A stretch of DNA of 64,000 bases. Origin: Acidobacteriota bacterium (GTDB taxonomy: Bacteria; Acidobacteriota; Terriglobia; Terriglobales; Acidobacteriaceae). Where the stretch lies: contig JBKOUZ010000042.1 in the NCBI GenBank assembly GCA_046723715.1, positions 11,656 through 75,655 of the forward strand, in the 5' to 3' direction. The first letter of the stretch is position 1; each line of letters begins with the position of its first letter. Shown piece by piece: positions 1-8,998 of the stretch. A model generated the notes under the pieces. The model was not told the origin of the DNA. It searched no databases and was given only the letters and a program-made list of their open reading frames with translations. The translations under genes were made by a program, and so were the position numbers.

Positions 1-338
1 CTTCCGCCACCGAACATGTCGCCGAACCCGAAGAACTCGCCGAAGATATCACTGAAATCTTGGAAGACGCTGGGATCGAAACCAGCACCTTGCGCGGCAG
101 CGCCGCCCAGTCCGGCGTGACCGTAGCGGTCGTAAACCGCGCGTTTTTCGGAATCAGCGAGGATTGCGTACGCCTCGCTGACTTCTTTGAACTTCTCCTC
201 CGCATCCGGATTATTGGGATTCCGGTCGGGATGATATTGCAGCGCGAGCTTGCGATAGGCGCTCTTCAGTTCAGTTTCGGTCGCCGTCCGGGTGACGCCG
301 AGAACTTCGTAGTAATCGCGTTTTGCGTTTGTGGTCAG
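1..338 (-). CDS. dnaJ: Chaperone DnaJ, J domain and G/F region (5' part of the gene; continues left of the window)
   Basis: Manual minus-strand translation gives [76 protein letters not shown]...[14 protein letters not shown], with the HPD motif. It is absent from the ORF track because its stop lies outside the window. There is no in-frame ATG/GTG/TTG near the 5' end. A CTG at 336-338 sits 10 nt after GGAGGA (349-354), so the start is uncertain. Confidence 0.85.
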   Translation of the reverse strand, partial: MTTNAKRDYYEVLGVTRTATETELKSAYRKLALQYHPDRNPNNPDAEEKFKEVSEAYAILADSEKRAVYDRYGHAGLGGAAAQGAGFDPSVFQDFSDIFGEFFGFGDMFGGG

Positions 339-482
339 AAGTGGCCCTTCCTCCGTTAACAACAAAGTGGTCCCTACCGGGCATGAATGTTGTGATTCAG
401 GCGCGTCCCCACGGGACGCTCCAATCTACTGCCGTGCTCCCTGGCGCTGAAGCGCCGGGCTATATCCGCCCCTGCAAGCTTT

Positions 483-1073
483 TTACTTTCCTGGATTTTT
501 TGCGACCCTCACCATCGCAGGACGCAGCAAGCGATCCTTGAACTTGTAGCCACGCTGCCATTCGTCGAGCACTTCGTGGTCGGCCGCATCCGGCGTCTCG
601 ACCATTTCGATCGCCTCGTGCACATGCGGGTCGAATTGCTCCCCTTTGGCTGCAATCGGGCGCACTCCCATCTTCGCCAGCACGTCCTGCAACTGCTTGT
701 AGATCAGTTCTACTCCGGTGCGGAAGTCGCCCGCTTCAGATTTCGCCTGTAGAGCGCGTTCAAAGCTGTCAATGACCGGCAGCAACGATTTGATTGCATC
801 CACCGTCGCAAAGTCGCGAAAATCCTGCTGTTCTTTCGCGGCGCGCCGCCGTGCATTTTCAAACTCAGCTTGCGCGCGAGCCAGCCGATCGAGCAACGTA
901 TCACGCTCAGCTTTCAGTTTCTGCACTTCCCCTTCTGCCGAGGGCGTCTCGGTGCTGGATGCAGATGCGTCCGGAGAATTCGAGGAGGCTGGATCGCCAT
1001 CTCCGGCGGGTAGTTCGTGCTCCACATCCAGATCTCTGGTTTCAGTTTCAGTTTTTCCGTTCGATTTCCCCAT
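483..1073 (-). CDS. grpE: Nucleotide exchange factor GrpE
   Basis: 196-aa ORF with a coiled-coil region (LDRLARAQAEFENARRRAAKE) and a C-terminal GVRPIAAKGEQFDPHVHEAI signature. It sits between hrcA and dnaJ. Confidence 0.93.
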   Translation of the reverse strand: MGKSNGKTETETRDLDVEHELPAGDGDPASSNSPDASASSTETPSAEGEVQKLKAERDTLLDRLARAQAEFENARRRAAKEQQDFRDFATVDAIKSLLPVIDSFERALQAKSEAGDFRTGVELIYKQLQDVLAKMGVRPIAAKGEQFDPHVHEAIEMVETPDAADHEVLDEWQRGYKFKDRLLRPAMVRVAKNPGK

Positions 1074-1082
1074 GAGTGCTTC

Positions 1083-2123
1083 TTACTCCGATTCATTCAA
1101 AATTTTGTCGAAGAGGCGCGCGATATAAGACACCGCGGTAATCGTGTGCTGATAGTCCATCCGCGTGGGCCCAATGACGGCGAGCGAACCCATTACCTCG
1201 TTCCCGGCATGGGCGGGCGCGCCAATGAGCACAAAATTTTGCATCGAGGGCAGAGCCTGATCGAGTCCGATCACCACGCGTACGGCCTCCTGCTTGACGT
1301 CAAGATAGGCGCTCAACAGCTGCACTACCTTTTCCTTTTCCTCCAAGGTCTGCAGCATCTCCCGCAGCCGCTGGCGGTCTTGCTCAGCCGCGAGCAAGTT
1401 GGACGCGCCTTCTACGAACACTACCTGCGATGACTGCCCTCCCGCGAGCGCCCCTTGCTTATAGAGCTGCTCGATGGAGTTCATCAGTCCGTCGTACTCG
1501 CTGCGCTCTTGTTCGATGCGCCGGGAGAGTTCGGTGCGCAGGGACTCCATCGTCCAGCCACGGAAATTCTCGTTGAGGTAGCGGGCGGCGAGGTCGAGAT
1601 CACCCTGCGGCAGATCCAGGCGCAACACGCGGTCGCGCACTAATCCAGAGCGCGTTACTACGACTGCGAGAATTTTCTGGTCGCCCAAGCGAGAGAAGTA
1701 CACATGCTCCAGCGCGTTCTTCGGGCCGCTTGTGGCGACGGTCACACCCACATTTCGCGAAATGAGAGATAACACGTGCGAGGTGCGTTCCATAAACTCT
1801 TGCACGTCGGTGATTCCGGCGAGCGAGTCGGAAATCATCGCTTCTTCCTGCGGAGCGAGGCGCGCTTTGCCAGAAATCTGCTCGACATAATAGCGGTACG
1901 CCTCGGGAGTGGGAATCCGACCCGCCGAGGTGTGCGGCTGTTCCAGGTAACCGGCATCGGACAGATCCGCCATCACGTTGCGAATCGACGCCGGACTGAG
2001 GCCCTCCCGGTTCGAACGTGCGAGCGTTCGCGATCCCACCGGCTCACCGGTCGAGATGAACGTCTCCACGATGGCGGTCAGAATTTCGCGTTCGCGATTC
2101 CCGATATTGGGTTCAGCAGGCAT
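1083..2123 (-). CDS. hrcA: Heat-inducible transcription repressor HrcA
   Basis: 346-aa ORF. The N-terminal winged helix REREILTAIVETFISTGEPVGSRTLA is typical of HrcA. It ends 9 nt upstream of grpE. Confidence 0.92.
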   Translation of the reverse strand: MPAEPNIGNREREILTAIVETFISTGEPVGSRTLARSNREGLSPASIRNVMADLSDAGYLEQPHTSAGRIPTPEAYRYYVEQISGKARLAPQEEAMISDSLAGITDVQEFMERTSHVLSLISRNVGVTVATSGPKNALEHVYFSRLGDQKILAVVVTRSGLVRDRVLRLDLPQGDLDLAARYLNENFRGWTMESLRTELSRRIEQERSEYDGLMNSIEQLYKQGALAGGQSSQVVFVEGASNLLAAEQDRQRLREMLQTLEEKEKVVQLLSAYLDVKQEAVRVVIGLDQALPSMQNFVLIGAPAHAGNEVMGSLAVIGPTRMDYQHTITAVSYIARLFDKILNESE

Positions 2124-2360
2124 TCGGCATTATGTCAGTAATCTCAATCCTAGCAGCGGACGGCTTGGGAGAAAGCTTCTGGTCCATTCTTAACTATTTT
2201 AGATGCAGAAGCTTAGGTTTTGGATCGAAGTTCTGATCCTGTTTGGATTCTAGGAACGGGGTGGGGGGCTGTCAAGGAGTGGTATGCGCGCTTAAGACAT
2301 TGAACCACAAAGGAGATCAAGGTTCACGAAGGAAACTTCGACTGATATTCTCTGGGTTAA

Positions 2361-3536
2361 ATGAAAACCACACCACACATTGCAGTTGTTGGCGCTGGAG
2401 CATTCGGAGGCTGGACCGCTTGGCATCTCCTCGAGGGCGGGGCTAGAGTCACGTTGCTCGATGCCTGGGGACCGGGCAATTCCCGCTCGTCTTCAGGCGG
2501 CGAGAGTCGCGTCATGCGGGGCTCTTACGGCCCCGATCAGCCTTATACCGAAATGGCAGCCCGGTCCTTAGCGCTTTGGGCGAGATACGAACGGCGATGG
2601 AAGCGGCAATTTCTGCATCGCAGCGGCGTTTTGTGGATGGCGGCTGGGCGGGACGACACATTCGAGCGGGGATCGGCGAAGATGCTGAGAGCCGCAAACA
2701 TTCCATTTCGCGAGTTGTCCACGGCGCATATGAAGAGGCGCTGGCCACAGATCAACTTTGAAGGAATCGAATGGGGCATCTTTGAACCAGAGTGTGGATA
2801 CCTGGAAGCGCGGGCGAGCTGCCAGGCCGTGATGCAGGCCTTTCTCTCGGCAGGTGGCAAGTACAAAGAAGTCGCGGTCGCAGGCAATGGACTGGAAGAC
2901 ACACCCTTACGGAGCCTGCACTTATCGGATACGTCGCAGCTCAAAGCCGACACCTACGTGTTCGCCTGCGGACCATGGATGGGAAAGTTATTCCCGCAAA
3001 CGGTGGGCAAACTGGTAAAGGCCACAAAGCAGGATGTGTTCTTCTTCGGTCCTCCGGCGGGCGATAACCGTTTCGGTGATCGGCAACTGCCTGTCTGGGC
3101 GGATCACCGCGGACACTTCCGGTATGGGATTCCGGGCAGTGATCGGCGAGGCTTCAAAATCGCAGACGACACTCGCGGGCCGGAGTTCGATCCGGATTGC
3201 GGTGAGCGGCTCGTCAGTACCCAGAATCTAAAAGAGGTTCGCGAATACGTGGCCTTCCGATTCCCTGCCCTGAAAGGCGCACCCCTGATCGAGACTCGCG
3301 TCTGCCAGTATGAGCAGACACCCGACAGTGGCTTTATCGTGGATCGTCATCCGAAGAACGAAAATGTATGGCTCGTCGGGGGGGGATCAGGCCATGGATT
3401 CAAACACGGACCTGCAATCGGCGAGATGATTTCGCGGTTGATTCTGCGCGAGCGAACGCCCGATGCCGTTTGGCGGCTGGATCGGTTCCGAGGGAATTCA
3501 CAACAGGGATTTAAACGCTGGGGAAAATCTATGTGA
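2361..3536 (+). CDS. FAD-dependent oxidoreductase (DAO / sarcosine-oxidase-like)
   Basis: 391 aa. N-terminal Rossmann motif IAVVGAGAFGGWTAWHLLEGGARVTLLD, with length and C-terminal GGGSGHGFKHGPAIG typical of the DAO family. Confidence 0.8.
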   Translation: MKTTPHIAVVGAGAFGGWTAWHLLEGGARVTLLDAWGPGNSRSSSGGESRVMRGSYGPDQPYTEMAARSLALWARYERRWKRQFLHRSGVLWMAAGRDDTFERGSAKMLRAANIPFRELSTAHMKRRWPQINFEGIEWGIFEPECGYLEARASCQAVMQAFLSAGGKYKEVAVAGNGLEDTPLRSLHLSDTSQLKADTYVFACGPWMGKLFPQTVGKLVKATKQDVFFFGPPAGDNRFGDRQLPVWADHRGHFRYGIPGSDRRGFKIADDTRGPEFDPDCGERLVSTQNLKEVREYVAFRFPALKGAPLIETRVCQYEQTPDSGFIVDRHPKNENVWLVGGGSGHGFKHGPAIGEMISRLILRERTPDAVWRLDRFRGNSQQGFKRWGKSM

Positions 3537-3561
3537 GGCCCCGTGTTGTCTGCTTCATGGT

Positions 3562-4407
3562 TTATTGAATCTGAATTACGTTTCCGGGAGCGTTTGCTTT
3601 GATCTCGCGGATGCGGTCAACTACTCTGCGCGCGAATTCATAAATGGACTTCGCGTGGGGAGAGTTTTCACCCTCCAGCACCACCGGCTTGCCGCTGTCT
3701 CCTGATTTGCGAACTTCCGGATCGAGGCTGATGTTGCCCAGAAACGAGACTCCGAACTGCTTCGCCATATTCTCGGCGCCGCCTCGCGAGAAGATGTCGA
3801 TTTCGTGATTGCAATGCGGGCAGACGAAGTAGCTCATGTTTTCCACCACGCCTGCGATATCCACCTTCATCTGCCGGAACATTTCAATCGCTTTGCGCGC
3901 ATCCTGCAACGAGACGTCCGAAGGAGTTGAAACGACCACCGCGCCGGTCAGCGGCACAGTCTGGACCAGCGATAACGCTACGTCACCAGTGCCCGGCGGC
4001 AGGTCCACGACCATGTGGTCGAGGTTTCCCCATTCGACCAGGCCCAGAAACTGCCGGATGATTTGATGCAGCATCGGGCCGCGCCAAATAACGGGCTTGT
4101 CACCTGGATTGAGGAACCCAACGGAGATAACTTTCAAGCCAAAAGCTTCAATGGGCTCAATACGGTTCTCGCCTACCATGCGCGGCTGCGAGTTCACACC
4201 CAGCATCAGGGGAACGTTAGGTCCGTAAACGTCGGCATCAAGAAGTCCGACTTTGTGGCCCATCTTGGCGAGCGCTACTGCCAAATTCACCGACAAAGTG
4301 GTTTTGCCCACACCTCCTTTGCCCGAACCGACCGCAATGATGGAATCGACCCCAGGAAGGGGCTGCGGACCTTGTTGCGCGGGACCTTGCCCGTGCTGAT
4401 GCGGCAT
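3562..4407 (-). CDS. apbC: Mrp/ApbC/NBP35-family Fe-S cluster carrier ATPase
   Basis: Deviant P-loop SGKGGVGKTT and a CPHC motif (YFVCPHCNHEIDIF). The ORF track extends to 4719, but that extension overlaps the upstream thioesterase gene and looks non-coding. ATG at 4405-4407 (MPHQHGQ...) chosen. Confidence 0.85.
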   Translation of the reverse strand: MPHQHGQGPAQQGPQPLPGVDSIIAVGSGKGGVGKTTLSVNLAVALAKMGHKVGLLDADVYGPNVPLMLGVNSQPRMVGENRIEPIEAFGLKVISVGFLNPGDKPVIWRGPMLHQIIRQFLGLVEWGNLDHMVVDLPPGTGDVALSLVQTVPLTGAVVVSTPSDVSLQDARKAIEMFRQMKVDIAGVVENMSYFVCPHCNHEIDIFSRGGAENMAKQFGVSFLGNISLDPEVRKSGDSGKPVVLEGENSPHAKSIYEFARRVVDRIREIKANAPGNVIQIQ

Positions 4408-4573
4408 ATGTGCGTTCAAAGGATTACGCTCCTGTTTCTTGGCGAAGAAAAAATGCGGAGATGATGCAGAACCCCGAGATTTGATTATACAGCCGCAATG
4501 TGGGAGCAACCGCTGGGAGGTGAGCGCAACACCTGAGGAGAGTACAGTTCCGTGCCGCATCTCCTCTTGGGAA

Positions 4574-5071
4574 TCAGCGCTTCTTACGACGCCTTTCCAG
4601 TTCCGATCGCCGGATCTCGCGGCGTCTGCCTGCGTCATCGTACCGCTGCCGTTGTTCATCAGTCTCGGGAATGACTGCGGGGACTTTGAGGCGCTGGCCC
4701 GCGGCATCAATTGCGACAAAGGTTAGATGAGCCGAGGCGACATGCTGCGCGGTGTCTTTGATGTAGTTCTCCACGTAAACCTTGACACCAACCTCCATCG
4801 AGGTGTGGAAGACACGGTTGACGGACGAGCGCAGGATGACGAGGTCTCCCACGCGCACTGGGACGAGGAAGTCGATGTGATCTACCGAGGCGGTCACAAC
4901 ATGGTTGCGCGAGTGGCGGTGGGCGGCCATTGCTCCCGCGAGATCGATCCAGTGCATCAAGCGTCCCCCAAGAAGCGCACCCAGAGGATTGGCATCATTG
5001 GGCAGAACGATTTCGGCCATTTCAGACTGCGAATCTCGCACGGGGCGCGGGTTCAAATCTTCGTCAGACAT
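4574..5071 (-). CDS. Acyl-CoA thioesterase (hotdog fold, YciA/BFIT-like)
   Basis: 165 aa. The stretch IVLPNDANPLGALLGGRLMHWIDLAGAMAA...VTASVDHIDFLVPVRVGDLV matches the acyl-CoA hydrolase hotdog pattern. Basic C-terminal tail. Confidence 0.8.
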   Translation of the reverse strand: MSDEDLNPRPVRDSQSEMAEIVLPNDANPLGALLGGRLMHWIDLAGAMAAHRHSRNHVVTASVDHIDFLVPVRVGDLVILRSSVNRVFHTSMEVGVKVYVENYIKDTAQHVASAHLTFVAIDAAGQRLKVPAVIPETDEQRQRYDDAGRRREIRRSELERRRKKR

Positions 5072-5095
5072 CGTCTTTCCTGCTTGAAATCGGCC

Positions 5096-5536
5096 TCAAG
5101 CCTTCTTCTTCAAATATGAATCCAGGAAGCACTCAGCCATTTTCTGGACGCGCGCGTCCTCATGCCGCTGAAGCCACGTAGCCGATATGAGATCGATCAC
5201 TAGATGGCCATGCGCAACGGGACGGTGGTCGCGCTCACATTCGTAGAACAACCGCAGAACGCGCGCGGCGCCACTGTCGCCTTCACTGCAGCCCTCTTCG
5301 GGCGTCACCACTGAGAATCGGACCGCATCCCAGGGGCGCTGCAGCGGCGCCCACGTGCAACCGCTGGCGTAGCCCAAATTGCAGAATGCCTGGACGATAT
5401 CCTGGGAAGGAGTATGGCCTTCGTGTCCCGGGGCGGTGCAGTGCCCGGTCCAACCGCAACCCAGCGGCAGTCGCGCCGGGTGAGGCCATTGCCCGTTATC
5501 CAACTTCGCCACCGGCATGAAATAAGGACACGCCAA
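5096..5536 (-). CDS. Cys/His-rich hypothetical protein
   Basis: The ORF is open to 5608. A TTG at 5534-5536 lies 5 nt after GGAGGA (5542-5547), giving MACPYFMPVAKLDNGQWPHPARLPLGCGWTGHC... No family recognised. Confidence 0.55.
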   Translation of the reverse strand: MACPYFMPVAKLDNGQWPHPARLPLGCGWTGHCTAPGHEGHTPSQDIVQAFCNLGYASGCTWAPLQRPWDAVRFSVVTPEEGCSEGDSGAARVLRLFYECERDHRPVAHGHLVIDLISATWLQRHEDARVQKMAECFLDSYLKKKA

Positions 5537-5637
5537 GCACTTCCTCCAGATTCGCAATCGCGGGGAAGGGCTATTGTATTCAGGAATGGAAGCTCTGGCC
5601 AGTTCCATCGCGGGCGAAATTTTGTAGTAACCTCAGC

Positions 5638-5970
5638 TTGAGGGCGTCTCCCGTTATGGATCGCATTGCCGCGCTGAACGAAGTGCTGACAGAGAATCCC
5701 AAAGACGCGTTTGCGCGTTATGGGCTTGCCATGGAGTATTCCAACCAGGGAGACTTCGACCGCGCCTTGGCCGAGTTCTCCATTCTGCTGGAGAATCATC
5801 CCGACTACACCGCCGGATACTTTATGGCTGCCCAGACCCTGGTTCGGGCGGGACGGCACGAAGAAGCGAAAAGGAAGCTAGGCGATGGCATTGCCTCGGC
5901 GAGGCGTACCGGCAACCTTCACGCGCAGTCCGAGATGGAGGCTATGCTGGCAGAATTAACCACCGACTAG
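5638..5970 (+). CDS. Small TPR-repeat protein
   Basis: 110 aa with TPR-like helices (AFARYGLAMEYSNQGDFDRALAEFSILLENHPDYTAGYFMAAQTLVRAGRHEEA). An alternative ATG start lies at 5656. Confidence 0.65.
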   Translation: MRASPVMDRIAALNEVLTENPKDAFARYGLAMEYSNQGDFDRALAEFSILLENHPDYTAGYFMAAQTLVRAGRHEEAKRKLGDGIASARRTGNLHAQSEMEAMLAELTTD

Positions 5971-5992
5971 GGCGGGATGTTCATTTTGACTG

Positions 5993-6775
5993 CTAGCCTG
6001 CCATCCGCCCCATTGCCCACTCCACCAGCGCTGGAAACAACTGATAGAGCTTGATAGGTATGTGCATCGTCCAGGGAACGATGACTTCCCTCTTGCGTTT
6101 TCGATAACCTTCGAATGTGGCATTGGCCACCCGTTCGGGTGAAATTCCGCGCACCGAACTCGGTCGTACTCTTTTCACTTCACTGCCGCGTACCGAATTG
6201 TCGCTGAATGCGGTACGCACGTATCCCGGGCAGACTGTGAGCACATGAATCCCGAGTCTTTTCAGTTCTACTCCAGCGGCCTTGCCGATCGCGTTCAGAG
6301 CGAACTTGCTTGCGCTATAGGCTGCATGAAATGGGAGAGGGATGTGTCCAGCCACGCTGGAGACGTTAATAATGGCGCCGTCGCCCTGCTCGCGCATGAC
6401 CGGAATCACGCCCTGCATGGCCGAAAGTGCCCCAAAAAAATTTGTCTCGAACAATTCCTGGCATGCTGGCATGTCAACCTCGGCTACCGAATCCATCAAA
6501 CCATGTCCGGCATTGTTTACCCAAACGTCTACGCGCTTGAAGTGATGCAGTGTGAGGCCGAGAACACGATCGATCTCTTCCGCATGGCGTATATCGCAGG
6601 AGAGGGCAATCGTGCGCTCCGGATGCCCAATCCTTGCACGCGCTGCCTCCGCCCGTGCGGTATCGCGCGACAGCAGGACCACGCTCGCTCCCTCGGCGGC
6701 AAATCGCTTCGCGATTGCCTCGCCAATCCCCATCGAAGCGCCTGTGACTACGACCACTTTCCCGTCGAGTTCCAT
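5993..6775 (-). CDS. SDR-family oxidoreductase
   Basis: TGASMGIGEAI cofactor motif, NNAG, and catalytic YSASKFAL. ATG at 6773-6775 (MELDGKVVVVTGAS) is preferred over the longer track ORF ending at 6835. Confidence 0.88.
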   Translation of the reverse strand: MELDGKVVVVTGASMGIGEAIAKRFAAEGASVVLLSRDTARAEAARARIGHPERTIALSCDIRHAEEIDRVLGLTLHHFKRVDVWVNNAGHGLMDSVAEVDMPACQELFETNFFGALSAMQGVIPVMREQGDGAIINVSSVAGHIPLPFHAAYSASKFALNAIGKAAGVELKRLGIHVLTVCPGYVRTAFSDNSVRGSEVKRVRPSSVRGISPERVANATFEGYRKRKREVIVPWTMHIPIKLYQLFPALVEWAMGRMAG

Positions 6776-6869
6776 CTTCGCGTTGTATTCTCCACCGCCC
6801 GCCAAGTCAAGGTAACGTGCGTCGCTGTCGTACAATCAGATAACAGTTGCTCACCGGCACGGAGAAACC

Positions 6870-7475
6870 TTGGCCCTCCTTCCGTTGTTTACGCTCGACG
6901 TTGTTCTACTCCCGGGGACTCCGCTTCCCTTACATATCTTCGAACCTCGCTACAAGGAAATGATCCGCGAGTGTCTGGCCGAGGAAGCTCCTTTCGGCGT
7001 GGTGCGCGCATTAGAGGAGGGAATCGCCGACATGGGATGTACAGCGGAGATCGTCACCGTTACGAAGGAGTATCCGGATGGCCGCATGGATCTGATTGCA
7101 GAAGGGCGCAAGCGGTTCGAAGTTCTCGAGTTAAATGAAGAACGAGCTTTCTTGCGCGCTGAAATCCTCCTCGTACCTGACGAGGCAGGAAGCGCCGCAG
7201 ACGAGGAGCGCACGCGCGCCACTCGCCTTCATTTGGAAGTCTTGTCCCTGGCGGGAGCGGTGCAGGACTTGTCGGCAGCAGATCAGAATCAACTCTCATT
7301 TCACCTGGCGGGATCCCTGCCCCTAGATCTCGATTTCAAGCAGAAGCTACTCACGCTGCGTTCCGAAAGCGAACGCCTTCAGGCACTCGCGGCATACCTG
7401 GAACGAATTCTCCCGAAACTGCGCCGAGTCGCAACCACGCGGCAAAAAGCAGGGGGAAATGGGCATGTGCACTAA
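6870..7475 (+). CDS. LON N-terminal (substrate-binding) domain protein
   Basis: 201 aa. LPLFTLDVVLLPGTPLPLHIFEPRYKEMI is the signature of stand-alone Lon N-domain proteins. TTG start follows GGAGA. Confidence 0.8.
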   Translation: MALLPLFTLDVVLLPGTPLPLHIFEPRYKEMIRECLAEEAPFGVVRALEEGIADMGCTAEIVTVTKEYPDGRMDLIAEGRKRFEVLELNEERAFLRAEILLVPDEAGSAADEERTRATRLHLEVLSLAGAVQDLSAADQNQLSFHLAGSLPLDLDFKQKLLTLRSESERLQALAAYLERILPKLRRVATTRQKAGGNGHVH

Positions 7476-7487
7476 TCCATGCCCCAG

Positions 7488-8951
7488 CTAGGGCCTGTTC
7501 AGTTCCGCAAGTATTTTCTGGAAATCTGCATCCGAACGCAGCACCGAGAGCCGCGAATCGGATTCCAATGCCTCCCGATCTTTCCAACCTCTCCGTACCG
7601 CCTGTTGGAGATCGCGAATTGCCTGTTTGCACTTACCGGACGAGGCGTGGGTTTGTGCCAGCAGCACATGAGGCCACGCGTTGTCCGAAACTTGTGCCAT
7701 CAACTCGAAACTGGATTCCGCCGCCTCCCAGTGTCGCGCTTCAAGTGCCTGCTGCCCGTTCTCGATACCCTCGACCCAAATGTCGTCGAACGCTCGACCG
7801 TAGATTAGGCGTTTGCGCTCAGTCTTGGCGTGCGCTGCCTGATCCCTTAAGCCACCCAATGCTCGCACGATTTCCAGACGCAACGCATTTGGATCGTCGG
7901 TCTTCCCGTCCGTATAGCTATGCAATTTCGGCGAGATCTCGCGCTCCAGTGCAAATTGCTCGTCGATCTGCTCTTGCTCACTTTTAAGCGCCCTCTTGAG
8001 AGCATCTGAGTGCTTCAACTCCGCCAGATTTTTTGCCAGCTCCCCCACGGATTTTAGGCCGCTAAAGTCCGAAACCAGGGAATGGTACGCATTCACCTGA
8101 GCGATGGCGTCGCCTCTCTTCTTGGCTTCTTCCATCTCCGATTGGTCTTGCTGAAATTGTCGATCAATGAAAGCCGGATCGGGAGACATCGCCGCCTGCT
8201 GCATCGCCTTCAAGATCAACCACTGAATGGCATCTTCCATCACCTCGACCGGAGCCCATTGATGGGAACCGTCGAAGATCCTAACCCGGTAAGGCTGCCC
8301 GTGAGCCTCTCGTTGGCGGCGTATCATCGCCACCTCCGGCCAGTTAAAATCCCGATTTCCCACAGCGAAGAAATACAGCAATTTGTCATTCGAGTCAGCG
8401 CGGCTGCTGGGATATCCGGCCCCGTGCGCGATGATCCCAGCCATCTGACACTGCGGACAACTCAGTGCCATCGCCGCAGCCACCCGGGCACCGCCTGAGA
8501 ACCCGCTTGCATATACCCGGCGCTCATCGAGCGACAGACGATCGTGCGTATCGCTCCAAATCGAATTCACGGTTGCCGATTGATCACTCGAGAAGTTGCG
8601 CGAGTTGTTCGATCCGGCGAAGATGAATCCATAGGTCTCCGCGATGTTCTTATAAAGGTCAACCGGACGCCTGCCACGGCCCGCCGGATCGAAGAAATAG
8701 ACGATCGGCCAACGCTTCGCTGCCGTGTAACCAGAGGGCACGTAAAGCGCATAACTCTGGCCGTGATCGGAGCCGCAGACTACTTCCCCAGTCTGGCCTG
8801 GCCGAGGCAAATCGGCGCCCTGGCTTTGGTCTGACGGCCTGGCCGGCAAGCGCGCGCCGCCGATCACCAGCAATGTTGCAAGAGCCAGAACTTGCCGCGC
8901 GAGAAACAGTCTGATGCTTCCGCGCATCGAATCTTCAGAAGGGCCGCTCAA
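7488..8951 (-). CDS. Secreted alpha/beta-hydrolase (esterase) with C-terminal TPR-like region
   Basis: N-terminal signal-like segment. Esterase core YALYVPSGY...WPIVYFFDP...VYASGFSGGARVA (GxSxG). The C-terminal third is helical and TPR-like. An alternative start lies at 8927. Confidence 0.75.
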   Translation of the reverse strand: MSGPSEDSMRGSIRLFLARQVLALATLLVIGGARLPARPSDQSQGADLPRPGQTGEVVCGSDHGQSYALYVPSGYTAAKRWPIVYFFDPAGRGRRPVDLYKNIAETYGFIFAGSNNSRNFSSDQSATVNSIWSDTHDRLSLDERRVYASGFSGGARVAAAMALSCPQCQMAGIIAHGAGYPSSRADSNDKLLYFFAVGNRDFNWPEVAMIRRQREAHGQPYRVRIFDGSHQWAPVEVMEDAIQWLILKAMQQAAMSPDPAFIDRQFQQDQSEMEEAKKRGDAIAQVNAYHSLVSDFSGLKSVGELAKNLAELKHSDALKRALKSEQEQIDEQFALEREISPKLHSYTDGKTDDPNALRLEIVRALGGLRDQAAHAKTERKRLIYGRAFDDIWVEGIENGQQALEARHWEAAESSFELMAQVSDNAWPHVLLAQTHASSGKCKQAIRDLQQAVRRGWKDREALESDSRLSVLRSDADFQKILAELNRP

Positions 8952-8998
8952 AGCTGGGTCCGTGACAGCGGGGGTATAATCTCAGTCATTGTGGTTCT

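Noticed and set aside
339-482. Possible CIRCE or regulatory element in the grpE-dnaJ spacer
   Set aside because: It contains only GC-rich hairpins (GCGTCCC-cac-GGGACGC and a second imperfect stem) with no TTAGCACTC/GAGTGCTAA half-sites. These are most simply intra-operon stem-loops.
4408-4719. N-terminal 104-aa extension of the Mrp/ApbC ORF
   Set aside because: The extension overlaps the 3' end of the thioesterase gene and has no Mrp or DUF59-like sequence. The internal ATG at 4407 gives a normal N-terminus just before the P-loop.
6245-7138. 297-aa plus-strand ORF
   Set aside because: It overlaps the SDR gene in antisense and the Lon-N gene out of frame, and has no motifs.
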